DNA of 64,000 nt, from the IMG/VR virus record IMGVR_UViG_3300028833_000124, positions 19,650 through 83,649 of that record. The stretch is one strand, 5' to 3'. Each line of letters begins with the position of its first letter. The first letter of the stretch is position 1. Source of the DNA: a virus (lineage: Duplodnaviria > Caudoviricetes). The translations under genes were made by a program, and so were the position numbers. The notes under the pieces were generated by a model. The model did no database searches and was not told where the DNA came from. It saw only the letters and a program-made list of their open reading frames with translations. Shown here piece by piece: positions 43,681-52,568 of the stretch.

Positions 43681-44424
43681 TTAGTTTGTCATTGATTCAG
43701 GCATTTCTTCATAAGGTGTTGAAGAATACCCTGCTAATTCCATAATCCATGCAAGAGACAATCTGAAAGCTTTTCCGGTAGCTCTGGTAATTGCCATACT
43801 GTATACTGCATGTTCCTCTTTTTGTCTGCCTGATGAAGTTGCAATAGCATCTCCTTCACCAACTTTAACTCCACGTCCATCAATCAAATTGACTTTTGCC
43901 CTATAACCAAAACGAGCTTTGGTTGGGAAAGGTTCCACAGATTCAATTTCAACACGTATACCAATCATTGTACCAAGAGTACTCCAACCGGATACAGTTA
44001 CATAATTGTTTCCACTTATGGTTTGAATCAAATTCTGTGATTCAAGAACACTTTTCAATGCATCTGCTACACGAGTAGCAATTACTACACGATTAGCAAC
44101 ACTAATCATAGGATTTAATACATCTGCATCAATCAATTGACGATTATCCGGATTAACAGAAATTAATTCACCATCATCATTGACAGAATCTTTAATATGT
44201 GATTCAATGCTCTCATCGAGAACTGCATCAAAGATTTCCTCATCAGATGGATCATGTTCAGTGATGACTTCAACTTTTGCACCACCAGTTTTCTCAAAGT
44301 CAATTGTGTCTTTGTATTTTTTATTTTCTTTTTTGATTTCACCCATTTCTTCAAGGGTTTCTTGAATAGTAGGTTCTGGTTTTTGCATACCCATAATATT
44401 ATTCCTCCATTGCAATTTTTTCAC
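43681..44424 (-). CDS. Rad52/Red-beta superfamily single-strand annealing protein (putative)
   Basis: 'YVTVSGW', 'SMAITRATGKAFR...LAGYSSTPYEEMP' resemble phage SSAP motifs. Confidence 0.55.
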   Translation of the reverse strand: MKKLQWRNNIMGMQKPEPTIQETLEEMGEIKKENKKYKDTIDFEKTGGAKVEVITEHDPSDEEIFDAVLDESIESHIKDSVNDDGELISVNPDNRQLIDADVLNPMISVANRVVIATRVADALKSVLESQNLIQTISGNNYVTVSGWSTLGTMIGIRVEIESVEPFPTKARFGYRAKVNLIDGRGVKVGEGDAIATSSGRQKEEHAVYSMAITRATGKAFRLSLAWIMELAGYSSTPYEEMPESMTN

Positions 44425-44743
44425 GAATCAAAGGAGCACTAGACTCCATAATTTGATAACAATAAAATTCTAAAAAAACATGTTCTGGTAACTCTTTAGC
44501 ATTATCCGGTAATCTTCCACCTTTGATGTGAGCTACAAGTAAAGTGTCTCCTGGTCTAAGTGAGATGTGCTCAACATTGTAATTAACATTTAAAATGTTT
44601 GCTAAAGCTTCATTGTTGATGCATGAGATTGCATCATAACTGAGAAACTTGAATTCTTCTTCAGTTAGTTCATGACATCTCATGTCCCATTCGCTTCCGA
44701 ATGAGATCATGTTTGGTGACCAGGAAGTTCCAATAAATTTCAT
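44399..44743 (-). CDS. DUF1874 (STIV B116/AcrIII-1-like) protein
   Basis: 'WSPNMI...LTEEEF...ISCINNEALANIL...ISLRPGDTLLVAHIKGGRLP' follows the DUF1874 pattern; the usual GH is NN here. Confidence 0.6.
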   Translation of the reverse strand: MKFIGTSWSPNMISFGSEWDMRCHELTEEEFKFLSYDAISCINNEALANILNVNYNVEHISLRPGDTLLVAHIKGGRLPDNAKELPEHVFLEFYCYQIMESSAPLIREKIAMEE

Positions 44744-44745
44744 AA

Positions 44746-44919
44746 TTATTTTCCTCCTAAAATTTGACTCATGACAATTTTGTCAGTGCCTTGTAGGTCT
44801 GCAGTTTTTGCTGCTAACCTTTCATCAAAAGTTAATCCATCGTTGGGATTGTTTTCATCCCAACAGGATTCAATTAATTCAGTCATGTTATCACAGGACT
44901 TTTTAAAATCTTTATTCAT
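44746..44919 (-). CDS. Small hypothetical protein (57 aa); the track's + strand ORF 44771-44980 is likely its shadow
   Basis: Manual translation MNKDFKKSCDNMTELIESCWDENNPNDG...LGGK*, GGTG SD upstream. Confidence 0.5.
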   Translation of the reverse strand: MNKDFKKSCDNMTELIESCWDENNPNDGLTFDERLAAKTADLQGTDKIVMSQILGGK

Positions 44920-44923
44920 TAAT

Positions 44924-46707
44924 TCACACTCCTATAAGATATCCTTCAATAAGGTCAGGTGCTTGTTCATTATTGATTAGGTAGTTACGTTCGATGATTA
45001 CTTGGGTTATTGGTAGTTGATGGTCGTCAACTGCTTCTTCAATTGCATCGTGTACATTTCCTAATGTTATTGTGTCCAATGGTATTCCTTTTCTTTCTAA
45101 GTATTTGCATGTGAGATATGCGTCATGAATTGCTTCTGGGCATTGAATATCTTCGATGTTCATTACTTTCATTAAAATCATCCCATCAGTTTTATACTCC
45201 TGTTGCGAGGAAGTTTCTTAATGCTCCTGATTCAACAGCACATATCCCACAAAGCTGAGAGATTAATAATCCAAAGAGTATTAATGCAACTATAATACAT
45301 AATGGGAATAATATGTATGCATATTTGATTGCGAATGATTCTAAAGTGTCTTGGAAAGTTTTTTCTTCTATTTTTCCTAATCTCACTGGTTCCATATTTT
45401 ACCACCATACCTCTGGGTTTGCTCTTATGATTTCGAGTTTTTCATCGAAATCTGAGAAGTCATCTAATAATGTTGGGTCGATTAAACATGCTTCTGTTAA
45501 AGAAACTGTGGTTAACCGATGTGTTTTTAAAAAATTAGTTGCTTGTTCCTCAGTTAATTTTCCTAAGAACTTATAGGCTTTGCGTTGTGCTTCGTATCTT
45601 GGAAGTTCTCCTTTTTCGATTGCTTCCAATCTTGCTACTTCCCAGGTTAAATCAGTTATTTTTGATTCAACTTCAAAGAATTTATCTTTGATATCTTCTA
45701 ATCGTGGGTCGTTGAAGTTGACTTGATCCATTACCCATCTTGGGTATGTTGGGATTGTGTCTTTTACACGGTAGCCTATTTCCATTGCGAGTTTATCCCT
45801 TTTCAGGTTTAATGCTCTTAGTGTGGATTTTTTATCCATTAGTTCTGAGGAGGGTTTTATTGAAGTTGCTTCAAATTCAAAAATGTTTTTTATGGAAGTG
45901 GAGTTCATTCTATCAACTCCATACCATAGCCCAGGAAGTGGATGTTGTCATTATAATAGGTTGTGACTTTCATTCCTGCAATTTCAGCAAGTGCTGCTAT
46001 GAATGTATGCACATCTTCAATGGTGCCTTCAGGTTTTTCAGATACAACATATCTGTGATTGCCGGCATGGTCATCTTCGATGTCAATAGGGGAATCAGTG
46101 ATTTTTCTCACTTGTTTAATTGCATCTGGGATTTCATATGCTGCACCGAATGATTGGTCATTTTCATCAATGATATGAAATTTACCATCATTTTTGAAGT
46201 CTAAATAAAGTTTATCGAATACTCTGTTGACAATTAGGTCTGGTTCAGAATCTGAGAAGATAGTTGCATCAGATACTATTCTTGCAGATGCAATGGCTTC
46301 TTCACGTGTTTCACCATCTCCAAATGCAAACTGTTCATTATCAACTACTTTCCAACGGTTATCGATATCGTTGAATGTTAAAAATAGTGCGGTTGGAGCA
46401 GGCATGTTTATTTGCCTCCTAATAAAGATTTGGCTAATGCGTGGCCTGCTTCTTCTTGTGCTTTAGGTGATAAATCCCAAAGTGTTACGTTTTGTAGCCT
46501 TTTTGTTAAAGCTGCATTTTCTTTTTTTAGTTCTTCAAAAATAGGTTTACATTCATCGTATTTGATTGCTTTATCAAATAGTTGAAGTAATCTTTCTTCG
46601 TTTCCGATGGCTTGGCCATCGATATATAATTTCTGATCTCTGATTTCTAATGTCACGCTTTCACGTCCATGATTTTTTTGTGAAGTATGTTTTCTCAGGT
46701 CCGCCAA
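44924..46707 (-). other. Five early hypothetical ORFs (44924-45181, 45192-45395 with a TM segment, 45399-45908, 45905-46405, 46408-46707)
   Basis: ORF track; first genes of the leftward early unit. Confidence 0.5.
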
Positions 46708-46832
46708 AACCTTGGAAATTTACTTCTTGATTTAATATTATACTTTGTCTTATTTAAAGTTTACTATATTATAATAAAATCTTAAAATCTTATTTAAATA
46801 AATATACTTAACTTTAAATAAGATTATTGACA

Positions 46833-46846
46833 AATATAACACATGT
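46833..46846 (+). promoter_or_regulatory. 14-bp element AATATAACACATGT upstream of the RHH gene
   Basis: Exact inverted copy at 51551-51564, upstream of recombinase 2. Confidence 0.5.
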
Positions 46847-46876
46847 AAGTTACTAAAATAAGAGGAGGAGTAAAAT

Positions 46877-47023
46877 ATGACAACTGTTAGAATGGTATTC
46901 GACATTGATGAAGATTTAAGAACAGAAATCAACATCATAGCTAAACGAAAAAAAACCACCGTTAAAGCTATCATGAATCAACTTGTTGAAGATTATGTGC
47001 GTGAAAATAAGGAGCAAATTTAA
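46877..47023 (+). CDS. Ribbon-helix-helix DNA-binding protein (48 aa), candidate repressor; not in the ORF track
   Basis: MTTVRMVFDIDEDLRTEINIIAKRKKTTVKAIMNQLVEDYVRENKEQI*; alternating beta-strand plus two helices; GAGGAGG SD; divergent from the early genes. Confidence 0.8.
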   Translation: MTTVRMVFDIDEDLRTEINIIAKRKKTTVKAIMNQLVEDYVRENKEQI

Positions 47024-47653
47024 TTTATACAATTATTATATTTTTTAGAATAAGAAGCTTAAAATTATAGAAAGCTAACGCTAATATATTAAAACTTCGC
47101 ATTCTGTCTGCGACTAATTTAAATTTACTGATATTTGATTTTACAAATAAACATAAATTTAAATAGTATTTTAACCAAATATAATAAATGGTTACAAAGA
47201 TACTTTCACGTCCATGTGTTCTTATTTTTAGTAACCTGCAGTATAAGATGTGTGAGGTGCGCCAACACCGTCGACCACATCTTTATATTGCGAATGTTAC
47301 AATTATAATATCTATTTTTTCAATTATTTATAATCTTGTTTTACAATATATTCTGGTAAAATATATTGTATATTTTCCCATCTTTTTCCAGGTGATCTAA
47401 AAAATAACTTTTTAATTGAGACGGTTTTTTTGATGGTTAATAATACTTATATTTATTGAATATATAAACTTTATTATTTAATAAAATTAAACAATGTTCA
47501 ATTATTTTAAAGAAAAATTTGAAATCGACCCATATGTTTTTCTGATTTTCTGTAAACAATAAAACAAAAAAATAGCATGAAAAATAGTGAACTGTACAAA
47601 AAAAATTTAACAAAAAAATAAGAAAAAAATAAGAAAAAATAAAAAAAGAGAAA

Positions 47654-48751
47654 CTAATCATTCATACTTGTATATTCATTAATAACATTCAAAATACGTT
47701 CTTTATGATTATACAAATCAGAAACTTGCTTAATATCTACTTTCTCACCAATCTTACCACCATTTTTAGTAAGAGTGATTTCATCGTAGAATTCAACACG
47801 AAGATGATTCTTATTATTAAAGTACAATCTCACAATAGGGAACCTTTGATTGTCATCAAACAAAATATTACAATAATGCTTACGGTCACGCATTGCAACA
47901 CGGTCAGCTTCAATAATCTCTGAAGCAATTGATTTAACAATAAAATAAGCATCCCTTTCTAATTCCGTAGTGATTACACCATCTTCATTGTTTTCTTCTT
48001 CAGCTTCAACAGCATTATTATCTTCCTGTTCTTCTTCATTGGAAGCTACTGCATCAGATAGAGTCTTGTTAATTTTTTCATTGATTATTTCAGAAATAGC
48101 AACAGCAATAATGTTCCCAAATTTCTCTTTCACATTCTGTGTTAATATTCCATCATAAACTTGTTTACCTATAGCTTTGATGAAGTCTTCTGATGGGTTT
48201 TCAAATTCAGATAATAAAGTCTTTTTTATTAGGTTGCGGTATTTTAGATTATCTGCACGTGACACAACTTCATCAATATCAAAATTAACTTTCTTGAATT
48301 TCTCTAATTCTTTAATATCTTTTTTAGTTAAGTTTAATATGTCAATGTCAAGGAATGGTTTTTCATCCATTCTGCTATTGTCTTCCCCTGTTGTGAAGAA
48401 TTTGTATTCTATTCCGTTGGTTAGGATTCCTATTTGGATGTCTGTTATGCTGAAGTATCGGAATAATTGGGAGATATTGTCTGTGTTTAGTTCATTGGTT
48501 GCGGATTTACATTCAATAAATATGATTGGTTCTCCATCTTCTAGTATTGCGAAGTCTACTTTTTCTCCTTGTTTTGTTCCAACGTCTGCGGTGTATTCTG
48601 CTTTTACTTCTGCGGGATTTGTGGTGTCATATCCCATTAAACGTAGGAATGGTGTGATTAATGCTATTTTGCTTGTTTCTTCACTATCAATGTGTTCTAG
48701 TTTTGCAGGGATGGTTTTTGTGAATTCTTTTATGTCATCTTCAAATGTCAT
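47654..48751 (-). CDS. HsdR_N-type (type I restriction N-terminal) PD-(D/E)xK nuclease domain protein
   Basis: 'EETSKIALITPFL..MGYD...EY...GEKVDFAI...IFIECK'; stand-alone, no HsdM/S nearby. Confidence 0.8.
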   Translation of the reverse strand: MTFEDDIKEFTKTIPAKLEHIDSEETSKIALITPFLRLMGYDTTNPAEVKAEYTADVGTKQGEKVDFAILEDGEPIIFIECKSATNELNTDNISQLFRYFSITDIQIGILTNGIEYKFFTTGEDNSRMDEKPFLDIDILNLTKKDIKELEKFKKVNFDIDEVVSRADNLKYRNLIKKTLLSEFENPSEDFIKAIGKQVYDGILTQNVKEKFGNIIAVAISEIINEKINKTLSDAVASNEEEQEDNNAVEAEEENNEDGVITTELERDAYFIVKSIASEIIEADRVAMRDRKHYCNILFDDNQRFPIVRLYFNNKNHLRVEFYDEITLTKNGGKIGEKVDIKQVSDLYNHKERILNVINEYTSMND

Positions 48752-48912
48752 TCGTAGTCACTCCAAATTAAAGTATTATAAATCTATGGTAATATGTATG
48801 TTGTTTGTGAGTATAAATACTTAATAGAAAATTCTATGATGATTTTGTGATGATCTTCCAGGTAATAGAAAAAAAATAAAAAAAAAGATAAAAGCAGATT
48901 TGGTTTCGATCT

Positions 48913-49332
48913 CTAGTTTTTATAGTTTAATGTAATTCCGCAGTTTGGGCATTTAGGTTGTTGGCCTTTGAAAGATGCTCCGCATTTACTGCAGGTGTAA
49001 GTTTTTGTTGGATTTGGAAGTTGTCTTGAAGTTGTAATTGCTTTGTTCCGGACATTTTTATTCATATGTCTTCTTGTTAATAAAAGAATTACGATGAATA
49101 TTATTAATCCAGGAATGTTTAAAAATATAAATAATATTGGTAAAAGTATAACAAATTCAAGTATGTAAATTAATAGTTTTCCAGCTCCTACTGATACTCC
49201 TCCTCCATGTCGGCCATGCCTGTGTACTTTCATTTGAGTTCCACATTTTGGACATGTATATGCTCCTCTTTTTTCTTGACTTGTGAATCCGCAAGTTTCA
49301 CAGATGTAATCTTCATAGCTCATAATATTCAC
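48913..49332 (-). CDS. Double zinc-ribbon membrane protein (superinfection-exclusion candidate)
   Basis: Four CxxC pairs flanking a two-TM hydrophobic core. Confidence 0.65.
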   Translation of the reverse strand: MNIMSYEDYICETCGFTSQEKRGAYTCPKCGTQMKVHRHGRHGGGVSVGAGKLLIYILEFVILLPILFIFLNIPGLIIFIVILLLTRRHMNKNVRNKAITTSRQLPNPTKTYTCSKCGASFKGQQPKCPNCGITLNYKN

Positions 49333-50046
49333 CTATTATAAGTTTTGGGTGGAACTATTATTTATATTACCAAGGTAGCCACAATATAAAAAAATGTTAA
49401 TAAAAAAAGTTCATATGTTGCATTTAAAGTCATGAAAACAGAATCTATTTTTTGATTTGAAGGAATAATTATGCAACATATGAAACTTTCAAGATGTTTA
49501 AACCAAAGGAACTATGTAGGTTCAAACCTAAAAAAGAATAGTTTAATCATTTTTCTTTTGAAATTCATTATAAAATTTTAATGGAGTGACTCTTAAATGA
49601 TAACATAATTTTAAGAGTAAATTAACAGCGTTCTAATGAAACTATTCTTAATTAGGTTAATTAATACTTTATAGTTTATATGGAATTATTGTAACATTTT
49701 AAAAATAAGGATTATTTAAAAAAAATAAAATTACGGCCACATAAACAGATTATGCAGCTATAATTTTAGATTTTCCCAAATTTATATAATTTAACAAGAG
49801 GTGGTTAAATTAAATTTGTAGTAGTAAAAATTTAACAGTCCTTTTTTTGTTTTGCTCAAACAAAATACTTTCACAAACCTCAAAAAAAATAATAATTTTG
49901 AAAATAATTTTAGCTGCGGTTAAACTTGGTTACAATTAAAATACTTTCTAAATTATGGATTTAAAAAGAAAAAAACAACAAAAAAATTATTTCTGTTAAT
50001 TATTATTTTTCTCTTGAGGTCTATATAGTATATTGTATTTCATACG

Positions 50047-50061
50047 GAACTATTGTAACAC
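50047..50061 (+). repeat. 15-bp direct repeat GAACTATTGTAACAC, copy 2 (abuts the stop codon of recombinase 2)
   Basis: Identical to 21383-21397. Confidence 0.6.
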
Positions 50062-51246
50062 TTAATGCTCACTAATTTGTTCAAGAATACTACTACGTGA
50101 TGTAGGTCGATTATCTATATCAGATAACCTCTCTTCAATACTTAATATCCTATCATTCATTTCTTTAACTTCAGCTTCTTTTTGCTTATACTTCCATTCT
50201 AACTCTTGATATTCTGGACTCTTTAAATCAATATTATTAATCTTTGATTCAATGAGTAAACATTGGAAATGTTCAACATATTTCTTCAAAAGAATAGTTG
50301 GATCATCAAGAAAATAAGCTGCTCTTGTTGAAGACTTGGTCCTACCTTGCAATGCATCAATATCAGATTCACTCATGCCTGATTTTTTTAGATGGTTGGA
50401 ATGGAATTTTCTCATCATGTGAGAACGGAATCTATTGAAACCATCTCCTGCTTGACCAAAATTGAATTGCTCATTATACCTGTAAAATGTAACGGGTAGA
50501 TAGTTTTCTTCAATGTCAAACAGTTTATCCTCATCAGATAATTTAATTAACTTCAAAGAACCATCAGGTAGTTTTTCAATTCTTTCGGTTAAGAGGTATT
50601 CAACGATTTTTGAAACTGCTTCTGGGCTGCAGAATGTGTAGTAATACTTGTTTGTTTTTTCTCTTTTTAATTTGAATGTTGGGATTACGTTTTCCATATC
50701 TTTTAAGACATTTAAAGCTTCTACAATGTCTGTTTTTTTATGGAAAGGAAATGTTGCTTTTTTGAATTGACCTATGGTCATTTCTATTGTTTCTTTCCTT
50801 GCGCATCCGCTTGATGTCATGAAAACAAGTACTGCCTGGAACCATAGTTTTGCTACGTGCATTACTTTGGATATTTCTTCGTGGGTTGGTAGTTCGTCGA
50901 AAGTTACTTCTCCAGGTATGTTGAAACTTCTTTGGTTGGGTTTTGTTAGATCACCAATTTCAATTTCAAAATATCTGTATACTGCAACGACTTGGGTGAA
51001 GTAGGTTGATACGGTGTTTTTTTTATAGTTTTCAATCAGATGATGTCGGAATGTTAAGAGTCTTCTTTTTAGTTTTCTTTTTTTCCAAGGTTTGTCTTCT
51101 TCTGATTCTGCTTCATCTATTAGTTCTTCCATGGTCATATGGTGGAATTCGGAGTATTTGTTTATTGCTCTGGTGTATAATTCCCTTGTTTTTGGACCAT
51201 GATTTTTAACTAAAAACAATTCTTCTAGTAATTCATGGTTATTCAT
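50062..51246 (-). CDS. int: Tyrosine recombinase/integrase 2
   Basis: 'SSGCARKE', 'RSHMMRKFHSN' (HxxR), 'LQGR...AAY'; C-terminal coiled coil; clearly homologous to recombinase 1. Confidence 0.88.
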   Translation of the reverse strand: MNNHELLEELFLVKNHGPKTRELYTRAINKYSEFHHMTMEELIDEAESEEDKPWKKRKLKRRLLTFRHHLIENYKKNTVSTYFTQVVAVYRYFEIEIGDLTKPNQRSFNIPGEVTFDELPTHEEISKVMHVAKLWFQAVLVFMTSSGCARKETIEMTIGQFKKATFPFHKKTDIVEALNVLKDMENVIPTFKLKREKTNKYYYTFCSPEAVSKIVEYLLTERIEKLPDGSLKLIKLSDEDKLFDIEENYLPVTFYRYNEQFNFGQAGDGFNRFRSHMMRKFHSNHLKKSGMSESDIDALQGRTKSSTRAAYFLDDPTILLKKYVEHFQCLLIESKINNIDLKSPEYQELEWKYKQKEAEVKEMNDRILSIEERLSDIDNRPTSRSSILEQISEH

Positions 51247-51295
51247 AATTTCTATCTCTATTTCTTATTTCTTTATAATGTTTAGAGAGAGAGCA

Positions 51296-51337
51296 TTTGC
51301 AAAGTAATATTTTTGGGTGTAATTATTACTTTGCAAA
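51296..51337. promoter_or_regulatory. 14-bp perfect inverted repeat TTTGCAAAGTAATA-N14-TATTACTTTGCAAA upstream of recombinase 2, followed by TATCATATT-type repeats
   Basis: Seen directly; about 50 bp upstream of the start codon. Confidence 0.55.
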
Positions 51338-51550
51338 TAAGTTTATCATATTTCTAACCATATGGTATATATAGTCTATGAAATATGATAATTAGTGTAT
51401 TGTTTATCATATTCCATGTATTATAGTATAAATATTATGTGGAATATGATTAACTTTTCTTCTCTCTCTGGTTAGTTATTTTTCTTTTTTGGGAGATAAA
51501 TAACTAATTATACCATGTTGTACTTTTTTGTACATTAATGTTTTTAGTTA

Positions 51551-51564
51551 ACATGTGTTATATT
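51551..51564 (-). promoter_or_regulatory. Inverted copy of the 46833-46846 element
   Basis: ACATGTGTTATATT is the reverse complement of AATATAACACATGT. Confidence 0.5.
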
Positions 51565-51604
51565 ACACCCATTACAATAATATTTAAAAAATAATATAAA
51601 AAGG

Positions 51605-51760
51605 TTATGATTTCAAAATCAATTTACCTGCAGAAATATCAACACCAACATTATCACTAAGATGATAAGTAACACCATCTACAGTAACAAATTCTACAAC
51701 ATAACCTTCAGGTACCCTATTACAAATCTCCTTAAGAACATCAACAGTTAAATTAGACAT
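51605..51760 (-). CDS. Small hypothetical protein (51 aa); not in the ORF track
   Basis: MSNLTVDVLKEICNRVPEGYVVEFVTVDGVTYHLSDNVGVDISAGKLILKS*. Confidence 0.55.
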   Translation of the reverse strand: MSNLTVDVLKEICNRVPEGYVVEFVTVDGVTYHLSDNVGVDISAGKLILKS

Positions 51761-51807
51761 AATACTATGTATATACTTTGTAGTATAAAAAAATTTAAAA
51801 AAAAATA

Positions 51808-51851
51808 AGGAGGCTCAACCATTCAGAAAACTCTGAATAGCCAAACCTCCT
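51808..51851 (-). terminator. 20-bp hairpin followed by a T-tract (terminator-like or small RNA)
   Basis: AGGAGG TTTGGCT ATTCAGA-GTTT-TCTGAAT GGTTGAG CCTCCT; the middle segment pairs only via G-U on the minus strand; TATTTTTT follows. Confidence 0.6.
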
Positions 51852-52180
51852 ATTTTCACATTTCCTATATAACTTCCAATGTAAAAATGAAAACAGAATT
51901 ATTCACCTTAAAATATTTAATTTAATGGAAGAAATTATAGTACTTGAGAAAAACACTCTCAAAAAAATATTATAATATTCTACAAGCTTTTAAATAATAT
52001 TTTAAATTTCATTAGATAATAACTCATTATAAAAACATAGGTTTATTTTTAAAAATGATTTAGTTTTACATCCAGGAGTTTCACATTCTCTGCTACTTTT
52101 CCCAGATGATCTTCCAAGAAAATTAAAATTTCAAAGGCAAAATTCTAATTTTTCATTTCTACAATAACATTATATATCAT

Positions 52181-52369
52181 TCATTTGATACTATTGTAAC
52201 TATCTAACTGAAATCTTAAACGTGCAATCTCTTCTTCAATTTCCTGACGCTCATCATCCAAACAAGTTAACAAACGAAAATTCAAAGCTTTAATCTTAGC
52301 ACGAATAACATTACGCTGATTAGTCTCCTTTAACACTTTATTCTCTTTAATAGACAACATCGCAATCAC
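52181..52369 (-). CDS. Small coiled-coil hypothetical protein
   Basis: ORF downstream of the endolysin. Confidence 0.5.
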   Translation of the reverse strand: MIAMLSIKENKVLKETNQRNVIRAKIKALNFRLLTCLDDERQEIEEEIARLRFQLDSYNSIK

Positions 52370-52372
52370 TTT

Positions 52373-52561
52373 TTATTGTACAAATTCCTCAAACAAGAAT
52401 TCAGATTCATCGGGAATATCATGCTTATTCCTTGCTTCATTAATTGCAACTTGCTTTTCCAAAACTTCATCAGTAAAACCAAATTTATTTTGCAAAGCAA
52501 TAACATCCGCCTGCTTACGATTTAAATTCCAAGCTCTAATTTTTTTAATAGGATTGAACAT
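52373..52561 (-). CDS. Small hypothetical protein
   Basis: ORF downstream of the endolysin. Confidence 0.5.
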   Translation of the reverse strand: MFNPIKKIRAWNLNRKQADVIALQNKFGFTDEVLEKQVAINEARNKHDIPDESEFLFEEFVQ

Positions 52562-52568
52562 TTTATCA

